Positions 13,570 through 21,755 of a DNA stretch of 32,000 bases are shown here, one piece after another. The stretch covers positions 60,001-92,000 of the forward strand of contig BAAFSQ010000007.1 of NCBI GenBank assembly GCA_054661495.1, given 5' to 3'. The first letter of the stretch is position 1. Every line of letters begins with the position of its first letter. The stretch comes from Zygophlyctis sp. KS116 (lineage: Eukaryota > Fungi > Chytridiomycota). The position numbers were made by a program, and so were the translations under genes. The notes below the pieces were generated by a model. The model did not search any database. It was not told the origin of the DNA and was given only the letters and a program-made list of their open reading frames with translations.

Positions 13570-14612
13570 TCTTTAGCTTTATAAGAATCAATAAATTTCT
13601 CTGTAAATTGAGACACACTAGAGAGTATAAAAAATGTAGGAATCCCATCTATAACAGTATAACTCGAGTGAGAAAGAACAGTTTTCAATGACATATTTCT
13701 ACTAACTTTCAAAAGCCTTGATTTCTCCTTTTCTGTACCTCTAGTTTCAAAATAAACTTGTAAATTTGAGACAGTATACTCGTTTTTAACATCCCAGAGA
13801 GGAAAATCCTGAAACATTATTCTTAAATGATCTATAAAACAGGTATTTTCATCAAAACTTGTGATAAAATCTGATTCCTGATATTCTGGATATAAAAATA
13901 AGACTGGCCAAAAAAGATAATCATCTTGAAATTTGACATGATATTCTGAATGAAAAGATGAAAGAATACTTGAACCATGAGATTTTGATTTACTATGCAA
14001 TTTAATTTTTCTAGATATGATTGCATCCATCAACTCCTTGTCTTGAACTTGTTTTTCCTCTTGTTTTAGTTTAATTTGTTGTAATTTCTCTAGTTTTTGA
14101 TCATGTAAATCCCTTAAATCCTTTAATTCCCTTTTAAAATCTGAATTTTCACAATCTACTTGTAGTGCAATTTCACACACTTGAATTGCATCCTCAATTT
14201 TTTCCAATGCAACTAGAGCTTTAATAGATCTATAAAAAGATTTTAGATTTTTATGATCCAGTTTAATACTTTCAGAGCAATCACCCAGTGCTTTACTATA
14301 ATTTTGTAATTTTATCTGAGCAGCAGCTCTGTTTGACAATAGAATAGATTTTAGTTTTGACTCTTTAATGGCTTGAATCCCTTGAGTGTAATAATTCAGT
14401 GCCTCCCGATAGTTTTTATTAGCCATGCATTCATTCCCCTGATTCTTGAAATTGAGAGCGACTTCTTCGTCGGTTCCATCGTACAAGAGACTTTGAAGAG
14501 CCAAAAGTGAAGGATCGTCTGCATTATCTTTGGGTGCTTCCGTCATAAATAGAGGAGTTGAAAAGAATTCATTAATCATTGCATCAGAGTCTTTAGCGGA
14601 TGGTCCAATCAT
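13566..14612 (-). CDS. CNS1: Hsp70/Hsp90 TPR co-chaperone Cns1/TTC4
   Basis: PLFMT, ALQSLLYDG..EVALNFKNQGNE, LLSNRAAA, C-terminal WPVLFLYPEYQESDFI. Confidence 0.92.
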   Translation of the reverse strand: MIGPSAKDSDAMINEFFSTPLFMTEAPKDNADDPSLLALQSLLYDGTDEEVALNFKNQGNECMANKNYREALNYYTQGIQAIKESKLKSILLSNRAAAQIKLQNYSKALGDCSESIKLDHKNLKSFYRSIKALVALEKIEDAIQVCEIALQVDCENSDFKRELKDLRDLHDQKLEKLQQIKLKQEEKQVQDKELMDAIISRKIKLHSKSKSHGSSILSSFHSEYHVKFQDDYLFWPVLFLYPEYQESDFITSFDENTCFIDHLRIMFQDFPLWDVKNEYTVSNLQVYFETRGTEKEKSRLLKVSRNMSLKTVLSHSSYTVIDGIPTFFILSSVSQFTEKFIDSYKAKD

Positions 14613-14814
14613 CTGTAAAATTTGAAGGAAATTTCGATGTCAATCGCTTGTCATTGGGTTGTTAATCATATTATCAGGCATAAGTGTTTCTAGGATTGGA
14701 TGCTGATGACTAGACCCAAATGATGAACTACTAGATCTTATCAATGCTCAGACTATCAAACCACTCGCTCATTATAAAATACAAACGCAAAAACATGAAT
14801 GAAATATATATGAC

Positions 14815-15375
14815 TTATGAAGATAAGATAAAAAAAGAACCGACAGGGATAATGTGAGCTCTAGCAGCAAATCTTGATGAAACTTTGGCGTATGCTTCAT
14901 TTACTGTGTCACTGCCAGATATATGTATATTTTTACTGCCAACATTCATTACAATCAAATCACCTGAACTTTCATCAATGCAGGGACCTCCAGAATCACC
15001 AGGATTAGCTCCAGCAGATCCCAAAATATGCCCAAGATTATTTATACGACAAGAGCAGAAGACTCCATTGGATACGGAGACATATGTCAACCTAATAGAG
15101 GTCTGTTAAAAGTGCCTGCAATGCTTTACTACATAAAGATGATTTAGTAAAGATATCTTTGCTTTTCGTAGCCTTTCTTCTTTTCTGTGGAGCCAAGCGA
15201 GATTTCCTGAAGCGGAATCCAGAAGCTTTACAAAATGAGAAGATGGCTCTTTTTCCTCCAAAGCCTTGAGCAGTCTTTTCTCAGCTTCTGAAACTTTCAA
15301 GGAAGCGTCCTTAACTTCCTCTTGCAGTGCAGCAAGATCTTGTTTAATTTGAATCAATTCTTGACTTTTTGACAT
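14815..15375 (-). CDS. Chimeric effector: coiled-coil header probably spliced to the C-terminal half of a trypsin-like protease (may be a pseudogene)
   Basis: ORFs 15106-15375 and 14815-15090 are in the same frame. The stop between them lies in an intron-like GTAAAG...TTAACAG (15103-15129, 27 nt). GDSGGP is present but the His and Asp segments are absent. Confidence 0.55.
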
Positions 15376-15553
15376 TTTAAGCTCAAGCCATCGACCTGAT
15401 CCCTCTGCTTTTGAGTCAATTCTATGGAAACTCTATTCTCCCTTACAGATCCTGATAAGATTTATCTGCATGTTGGTGCGCCGGATGTTTCCCTTCTACC
15501 GGTGGATCTCCGCCCCAATCAATCCATCGCTCATCCGCATATTCAGGGAAAAT
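15086..15553. repeat. ~468-bp direct repeat, copy 1 (coiled-coil header + 48-bp spacer + aminotransferase 5' fragment + 44-bp linker)
   Basis: Near-identical to 17406-17873 (offset 2320); the 15303-15509 part also matches 18763-18969. Confidence 0.93.
15424..15509 (+). pseudogene. 5' fragment (first ~29 codons) of the aminotransferase gene
   Basis: METLFSLTDPDKIYLHVGAPDVSLLPVDL is identical to the start of 18884-20113, then diverges after GGATCT. Confidence 0.88.
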
Positions 15554-15577
15554 TACGCTGGCAAATATATGTATTAC

Positions 15578-16474
15578 TTAGGGAGAAAAGAATTTTAAAC
15601 CGCCGACAGGGATAATGTGAGCTCTAGAGGCAAATCTTGATGAAGCTTTGTCATATGCCTCACTTACTGTGCCACTGCCAGATATATGTATATTTTTACT
15701 GCCAACATTCATTCCAATCAAATCACCTGAACTTTCATCAATGCAGGGACCTCCAGAATCACCAGGATTAGCTCCAGCAGATCCCAAAATCTGCCCAAGA
15801 TTATTTATACGACAAGAGTAGAAGACTCCATTGGATACGGAGACATATGATTCATTCTGTGATCTAGCAGAAAGACCTAATTGAATGTATTTTCGACCAT
15901 CTGCCGTTCCGCCAATTGGTGGTTCTTCCTCGCACAAATCTACTTCTGATTCTAATAAAATCCAGTTACCAGCAGCACTCATTCCACTGACTTTCACGTT
16001 GTATTCATTGGAAGATTCCATTGAGTGAATTTTCATATAGTCACCAACTTTTAGAGTACTATGAATGTCATGAGCAAAAGTAATCGCTCTTCTCTTTGAA
16101 ATAACAGTGACACATTCCCAGCTATCCGTCCTGAAAACAATCTTGCTGTATTTTTCAACTAGATAATCCCTTCGGCACTGATCAAAAGAACGCTTAGAAT
16201 CTTGACAAATTTCATCTTCTTCGGACTGATAGAATAATCCAATATCTACCATATCTTTTTCTTTCAGCAGTAAATCGTCAATTCTTTCAAGGCCTTTCAG
16301 GTTTGCAACAGCAGATTTACAAAGAGCGTCAAGGCCAACTATTGATTCCGTCCTCTCAATAGCCTCGGACAGTCTTTCTTCTGCTTGTGCAACCTTTGCC
16401 TTTGCATGGTTGATTTTCTTCTCTGATTCTACCAGAGCCGCAAAAACGTCCATTAAATCTTGCTTTTTTAACAT
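15578..16474 (-). CDS. Coiled-coil + trypsin-like serine protease effector (CRN-associated type), copy A, Asp->Asn at the likely catalytic Asp
   Basis: ITFAHD (His), GNWILL (Asp position), GANPGDSGGP (Ser); intronless, no signal peptide; ATG at 16474 in TTGAAAATG context. Confidence 0.8.
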   Translation of the reverse strand: MLKKQDLMDVFAALVESEKKINHAKAKVAQAEERLSEAIERTESIVGLDALCKSAVANLKGLERIDDLLLKEKDMVDIGLFYQSEEDEICQDSKRSFDQCRRDYLVEKYSKIVFRTDSWECVTVISKRRAITFAHDIHSTLKVGDYMKIHSMESSNEYNVKVSGMSAAGNWILLESEVDLCEEEPPIGGTADGRKYIQLGLSARSQNESYVSVSNGVFYSCRINNLGQILGSAGANPGDSGGPCIDESSGDLIGMNVGSKNIHISGSGTVSEAYDKASSRFASRAHIIPVGGLKFFSP

Positions 16475-16567
16475 TTTCAACCTAGCGACTCACCGAAACG
16501 AGAACCTTGGTGCCAACGCAATACCCAAAAACATAACAGTAAATCTCATTCCTATAAACTTTTGAAA

Positions 16568-17228
16568 ATGTCAATAATATCTGGAGGCTCGAAATCTCTC
16601 GCATGCTTAATTGTTGGTGCCACCGGTGGTCTTGGAAAGTGTTTGGTAAAAGAATGTTTAGATCGTGGAATATCAGTCTCTGTGCTGGTTAGAAATAAGG
16701 AGAAATTTATTACTGAATTCTCTAACATTGTTTGGCCAGGAGCAAATATATTTGTCGGTGATGCAGCTTCAGATGCTTCAGTCGTGAAGAAGGCATGTCA
16801 TGGAAAAGATATTGTATTATGTGGAATTGGTGCAGTAGAAGCCATTGCTCGAAATGTTGCAGAACAATCTCAAATTTCGGGTGTAAAGAAACTGATTCAT
16901 GTAGCAGGTGCAACTAATGTCATGGATGTGGATGGTGTAACTCCACTCTGGAAAAATTATGCAGACTCTTGGCCTCCAGCTGAAAGAGTTTTTATTGCCC
17001 ATGGAAAATGTATTGATGCAATTAAAGCAACTGGGATTAATCATGTTGTTTTTTGTCCAGCTCTCATGTCTAGTAGGGAAAAGAAATCATCTCCGGTTGC
17101 AGTGCCTAAAATAAACCGTGAAAGTGGGGGGTTTTGTTTCATATGAAGATGCAGCTCATATAATGGTTGATGCAGCTCAGAAATCTGACTGGGATGGGCA
17201 ACTGATTACTGCTGCGACTGCTGAATAG
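16568..17228 (+). pseudogene. NAD(P)H-binding Rossmann oxidoreductase (atypical SDR / flavin-reductase-like), frameshifted near the C-terminus
   Basis: IVGATGGLGK..V.VLVRN motif. Removing one G from the G6 run at 17126-17131 gives GFVSYEDAAHIMVDAA...TAE* ending at 17228. Confidence 0.75.
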
Positions 17229-17272
17229 AATAATAACCTCGTCGTCGTTGGAATTAATAAAAGTAGTTTTAT

Positions 17273-17695
17273 TCAGGCTCTATGAAAGTTAAGAGAGAGT
17301 ATAGTAGTGCATTTGCTGCTTAGATCTAACAATTCCCGTTTAAATAGCGTAGTTATGTTCTGATTGATCTTGTCGCCCGCCAATGGCGAATCTTCGTCGC
17401 CTGTCGTCAACCTAATAGAGGTCTGTTAAAAGTGCCTGCAATTCTTTACTACATAAAGATGATCTAGTAAAGATATCTTTGCTTTTCGTAGCCTTTCTTC
17501 TTTTCTGTGGAGCCAAGCGAGATTTCCTGAAGCGCAATCCAGTAGCTTTACAAAAGGAGAAGATGGCTCTTTTTCCTCCAAAGCCTGGAGAAGTCTTTTT
17601 TCAGCTTCTGAAGATTTCAAGGAAGCGTCCTTAATTTCCTCTTGCAATGCAGCAAGATCTTGTTTAATTTGAATCAATTCTTGACTTTTTGACAT
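17273..17695 (-). CDS. Stand-alone coiled-coil header protein (homologue of the protease N-terminus), probably two exons
   Basis: 89-aa ORF 17426-17695. A putative intron at 17423-17449 opens 49 further codons (TSIRLTTGDEDS...NFHRA*) ending at TGA 17275-17273, followed by AATAAA. Confidence 0.55.
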
Positions 17696-17873
17696 TTTAA
17701 GCTCAAGCCATCGACCTGATCCCTCTGCTTTTGAGTCAATTCTATGGAAACTCTATTCTACCTTACAGATCCTGAAAAGATTTATCTGCATGTTGGAGCG
17801 CCGGATGCTTCCCTTCTACCGGTGGATCTCCGCCCCAATCAATCCATCGCTCATCCGCATATTCAGGGAAAAT
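17406..17873. repeat. ~468-bp direct repeat, copy 2
   Basis: Matches 15086-15553 with scattered substitutions. Confidence 0.93.
17744..17829 (+). pseudogene. Second 5' fragment of the aminotransferase gene
   Basis: Matches 18884-18969 with 3 substitutions; same truncation point after GGATCT. Confidence 0.88.
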
Positions 17874-17908
17874 AATACAAACGCAAATATAAATGCAATA
17901 TATATGAC

Positions 17909-18835
17909 TTATGAAGATAAGAATATGAAACAGTTGACAGGGATAATGTGAGCTCTAGAGGCAAATCTTGATGAAGCTTTGTCATATGCTTCATTTACTG
18001 TGTCACTGCCAGAAATATGAATATTTTCACTGCCAACATTCATTCCAATCAATTCACCTGAAATTTCATCAATGCAAGGACCTCCAGAATCACCTGGATT
18101 AGCTCCAGCAGATCCCAAAACATGCCCAAATTTGTTTATACAGCTTGAACTAATGACTCCATTGGATACTGAGAAAGGTGATTCATTCTGGGATCTAGCT
18201 GAAAGACCAAATTGAATATAATGCTGACCATATGCTTGTCCCCCAATTTGTGGTTCTTTCTCGCACAAATCTACTTCTGATTCTAATAAAATCCAGTCAC
18301 CAGCAACATTCATTAGACTGACTTTCACATTGTATTCTTTAGGATATTCCATTGAGTAAATTTTCATATAGTCACCAACTTTTAGAGTGCTGTGAGTATC
18401 ATGAGCAAAAGTAATCGCTCTTCTCTTTGAAATAACAGTGACACATTCCCAGCTATCAGTCCTGAGAAGAATCTTTTTACATTCCTGAACAAAAACCTTC
18501 ATTTGGTGCAATTTGTAATATCCTTCAGCCTCTGGTACAATTTTCTGCTCTGATTTAGTGAGTATTTTTTCTTCTTCCTTTCTCTTCAGACTTTCTTCTA
18601 TTCTTGTCAGTTTTTCTTCTTTTCTTGACAGTTTTTCTTCTTTTCTGTGAAGTACTTTGAGATCTGCTGAAGCGCAATCCAGAAGCTTTTCATAAGGAGA
18701 AGATGGCTTATTTTCCAGTAAAGCTGCTGCCAACTGAGACTTCACTAGATTTCTCTCTTTGTAAGCGTCCTTAATTTCCTCTTGCAGTGCAGCAAGATCT
18801 TGTTTAATTTGAATCAATTCTTGACTTTTTGACAT
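17909..18835 (-). CDS. Coiled-coil + trypsin-like serine protease effector (CRN-associated type), copy B, intact triad
   Basis: ITFAHD, GDWILL, GANPGDSGGP; N-terminal heptads; intronless. Confidence 0.85.
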   Translation of the reverse strand: MSKSQELIQIKQDLAALQEEIKDAYKERNLVKSQLAAALLENKPSSPYEKLLDCASADLKVLHRKEEKLSRKEEKLTRIEESLKRKEEEKILTKSEQKIVPEAEGYYKLHQMKVFVQECKKILLRTDSWECVTVISKRRAITFAHDTHSTLKVGDYMKIYSMEYPKEYNVKVSLMNVAGDWILLESEVDLCEKEPQIGGQAYGQHYIQFGLSARSQNESPFSVSNGVISSSCINKFGHVLGSAGANPGDSGGPCIDEISGELIGMNVGSENIHISGSDTVNEAYDKASSRFASRAHIIPVNCFIFLSS

Positions 18836-18969
18836 TTTAAGCTCAAGCCATCGACCTGATCCCTCTGCTTTTGAGTCAATTCTATGGAAACTCTATTCTC
18901 CCTTACAGATCCTGATAAGATTTATCTGCATGTTGGAGCGCCGGATGTTTCCCTTCTACCGGTGGATCT
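18763..18969. repeat. 207-bp third copy of header 5' end + spacer + aminotransferase 5' end (intact locus)
   Basis: Matches 15303-15509 (2 mismatches seen) and 17623-17829 (4 mismatches seen). Confidence 0.92.
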
Positions 18970-20113
18970 TATTAGAAAGACGAATATAATGCAACAAGAT
19001 CTGGTTAGTAGTTTACAGTATGGACCATCACAAGGATCTGAAAGTGTCCGAGAAGAATTATCTCAATTTCTTTCCAGGGAATACAAGTCCCAGGTTGATA
19101 AAGATCATTTACTTGTAACTTCTGGAGCGTCGCAATCATTTTACAACATGATTCCTATTTTTACAAATTCCGAGACTGTCTTCATTATGGAAAATCCTAC
19201 ATATTTCTTGGCTTGGAAGATTTTGAATGATCATGGTATTAAGAATGATTCTATAATTGGGATCTCGAGTGATGGAAATGGATTGGATGTTGATGCTTTA
19301 GAAGCGTATCTTTTGTCTACTTTGGTTCCTTCAAAAGGTTCAGAAGAATCACTTGCCAGTAACTCCAAAAAGAAATTCAGATTTTTACTTTATCTCGTTC
19401 CCACTTTTGGTAATCCAACAGGAGCTTCTTTATCTATGGAAAGAAGGAAAAAATTAATAGACTTGGCAAGAACATATGATATTCTAGTGGTTTGTGATGA
19501 TGTTTACCATTTGATTTACTTTGAAAATCAGATGCCTCCAGATAGATTAGTTTCATTAGACTTAAATTCACTAAAAGAAGAAGAGGGAAACGTAATTTCA
19601 AACTGTTCATTTTCAAAATTATTTTCTCCTGGATTTAGACTTGGATGGATAGAAGCATCTCCTTTTTTGTTAAATCAGTTGAAAAATTCTGGAATTTTGA
19701 ATTCAGGCGGATGTTCAAATCATTTCTCATCGTTTTTGATTAAGCCTATTTTAAAATCAAGTGATTTATCAATTCATTTGCAAGGAATTAGAAAAGAATA
19801 TGAAAGTCGAAGAGATTTATTATTACAGGAATTCAAAAAACTTCCCAGTCAATTCACAGTCTCTAGCCCAAAAGGTGGATTTTTTATTTGGATTACAGAT
19901 ACTACAAAAACTTTAGATTCTAAAATTTTGTTGGAAAGCATTTCTAAAAGTGATGATGCAGATTATAAAGTCACATTCACGCCTGGAAATTCCTTTTCTG
20001 CTAATAATGCCCATGGCCATTGTATGAGAGTCTCTTTTGGAATGTATAGGGGTATCGAATTGATCACTGGAGCACAACGTCTAGTGAATATTTTGACGCA
20101 AACACTGAACTAG
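18884..20113 (+). CDS. Class I/II PLP-dependent aminotransferase (2-aminoadipate/aromatic aminotransferase-like)
   Basis: LQYGPSQG, TSGASQ, ENPTY, VPTFGNPTG, CDDVY, SFSKLFSPGFRLGW (PLP lysine), PKGGFFIW, MRVSF. Confidence 0.92.
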   Translation: METLFSLTDPDKIYLHVGAPDVSLLPVDLIRKTNIMQQDLVSSLQYGPSQGSESVREELSQFLSREYKSQVDKDHLLVTSGASQSFYNMIPIFTNSETVFIMENPTYFLAWKILNDHGIKNDSIIGISSDGNGLDVDALEAYLLSTLVPSKGSEESLASNSKKKFRFLLYLVPTFGNPTGASLSMERRKKLIDLARTYDILVVCDDVYHLIYFENQMPPDRLVSLDLNSLKEEEGNVISNCSFSKLFSPGFRLGWIEASPFLLNQLKNSGILNSGGCSNHFSSFLIKPILKSSDLSIHLQGIRKEYESRRDLLLQEFKKLPSQFTVSSPKGGFFIWITDTTKTLDSKILLESISKSDDADYKVTFTPGNSFSANNAHGHCMRVSFGMYRGIELITGAQRLVNILTQTLN

Positions 20114-20355
20114 CGTAAGTCAAATATTTTCAGCCCAGGAATAGAGTGTCTAGGACAACTTTCATTGTTAATGTCTTTGAGAATTCCTGGAATTTCCTTT
20201 TACGAGTTCAAATCCCAACTCTTTAAAATTGTTGTAAAATACAAATCTCTTGATTTTTTAAATTACTTTGAGTCCTTTGAGTTAAATGATTTAATCAATG
20301 TATTTTAAATACTAACCTTTAGGAACTATTGAATGAAATCTTTGAAAAGGATCTT
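19813..20355. repeat. 543-bp direct repeat, left copy
   Basis: No mismatch found by eye against 21756-22298 (offset 1943). Confidence 0.95.
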
Positions 20356-20481
20356 AGTAGTAGTAGTATAGATAGAGCACCGAATGATACCAGTTTTTTT
20401 GGGCAAGCTAGAATTAGTAAAAGATATTTATATGATATTTTCGTCCAGTATGATTCTTTTGATATTGGCGCAATTGAATGA
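20171..20481 (+). pseudogene. Truncated copy of the 22114-22607 gene fused in frame to foreign sequence
   Basis: Same exon 1, 23-nt intron and ELLNEIFEKDL, then SSSSIDRAPNDTSFFGQARISKRYLYDIFVQYDSFDIGAIE* (TGA 20479-20481). Confidence 0.6.
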
Positions 20482-20530
20482 TATTTTAATCATTGATTTC
20501 TCAATTAAATTTCAAGCAGTAAAATGTTTA

Positions 20531-21433
20531 TTACTTTTGAATCTTTAATTTCTTGCTGTAGATGGGATGCTTTGGACCAAAGCAGTTTCTGAGTTGAGTA
20601 AGGGAATCCTGAATCTTTTCGGCAGTCAAATCTTCCGTAGATGCCCTGGGAGAGACAGATTTGACAGCAGTCATAAACCAAGTGAGCCAGCGAAGAATTT
20701 CAGACAATGAAGAGCTTGAATTGTAAGTTCCGTCCTTTCCAAGTTTAAGGACTTCTTTATCAGAAGCATACACAACACCATCAGTGTCAATGGCAAAGAA
20801 GCGAAAGTCTATCCCATTTGTAAGAGCAGCAAACACAGGAGTCTTTTTTCCAGCAGCCAGACGTTTCTTGAGCAAGCAGCCGGCCTCAGCAAGAGTTTGG
20901 GCGACTGACTTGGCAGGCCATTCATATTTTGCTTCTACAACCAAAAGAAAAGAGTCCATATCATCAACAGATTTGTTTTTAGATGACCCAAACATATAGT
21001 CCACATCTCCAGTGTAGCCGAATCCAGTTCCTTCCCAATCATTCTTAACTTCACAGAATCCCAAAAGTTGCTCGTTTGATTCATTCAATAGAACTTCCGT
21101 AAGGATAGCATCAATCACAATTCTGCAAGCCTTCTCGTTGTCAAGTACCCACACGTTCTTGATTCTGCTGATGTTCTCGCACAAGAAATCGCTCGCAACT
21201 GGAGAAGGAAATGAAGTTGGAATGTGCAAAGAAGGAGCATCAATAGAGACATAGTCAATGTTCAAGTCTAGACCATCAGGTCTAACACAGTCATTGAGAG
21301 TAGCAGAGGAGAATGGTACAAAAGGCTTGGTGGAGCCAATGAGAGTCTTGAGAGCTTTCTTTTGTTTGTCTGTGAGCTGCTCTTTTTCTTCTTCTGTGAG
21401 TTGGTTGAGAGGCTTGTCGAATAGTTTGTTCAT
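20531..21433 (-). CDS. CRN-type restriction-endonuclease-fold (PD-(D/E)XK) effector
   Basis: NEKACRIVIDAIL, GDVDY (D), LVVEAK (ExK), AQTLAE, LTNGIDFRF match the CR-REase pattern; intronless and more GC-rich than the flanks. Confidence 0.8.
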   Translation of the reverse strand: MNKLFDKPLNQLTEEEKEQLTDKQKKALKTLIGSTKPFVPFSSATLNDCVRPDGLDLNIDYVSIDAPSLHIPTSFPSPVASDFLCENISRIKNVWVLDNEKACRIVIDAILTEVLLNESNEQLLGFCEVKNDWEGTGFGYTGDVDYMFGSSKNKSVDDMDSFLLVVEAKYEWPAKSVAQTLAEAGCLLKKRLAAGKKTPVFAALTNGIDFRFFAIDTDGVVYASDKEVLKLGKDGTYNSSSSLSEILRWLTWFMTAVKSVSPRASTEDLTAEKIQDSLTQLRNCFGPKHPIYSKKLKIQK

Positions 21434-21501
21434 TTCAGTTTAGGAAAGGAAGTTAATTTTCTCTTTACCCTTTCGAAAGTTGTATTTTCCACACCAAAAA
21501 A

Positions 21502-21755
21502 ATGATTTATGTTTTACTGCTACAAGAAAATAAGTTCTATGTTGGGATAAATATGGATGGTGGAATGTGAGAGGAGGCAATTGGTGCCAAGTTGATATAC
21601 TTCAGCAAAATCAACCTTCACCAAGCAAATCCAACCGAAACATTCGCAATGGATGTTCTAGATGTGTTAGAGGCTCTCATTCTGTTAAAGACTGTTTTGC
21701 AAGAACCAATGTTACATTTGACTCAGAATCAGATTCTTCTGAATCAGACCAAGGT
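21502..21755 (+). pseudogene. Internally deleted GIY-YIG endonuclease + CCHC zinc-knuckle gene
   Basis: ATG 21502 gives MIYVLLLQENKFYVG, then a frameshift at ~21546 into DKYGWWNVRGGNWC...CSRCVRGSHSVKDC (CX2CX4HX4C). Confidence 0.72.

Larger units (their letters stand above)
20356..21755. mobile_element. Candidate 1400-bp inserted nuclease-effector module flanked by a 543-bp duplication
   Basis: Unique sequence between two apparently identical 543-bp repeats; contains a PD-(D/E)XK gene and a GIY-YIG remnant; no terminal inverted repeats or transposase seen. Confidence 0.5.

Noticed and set aside
14700-14760. Possible C/D box snoRNA (TGATGA motifs)
   Set aside because: No suitably placed CTGA D box or terminal stem was found.
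17370-17410. GC-rich palindrome cgccaatggcg as a Helitron terminus
   Set aside because: No correctly spaced CTRR end, and it lies within a plausible coding exon.
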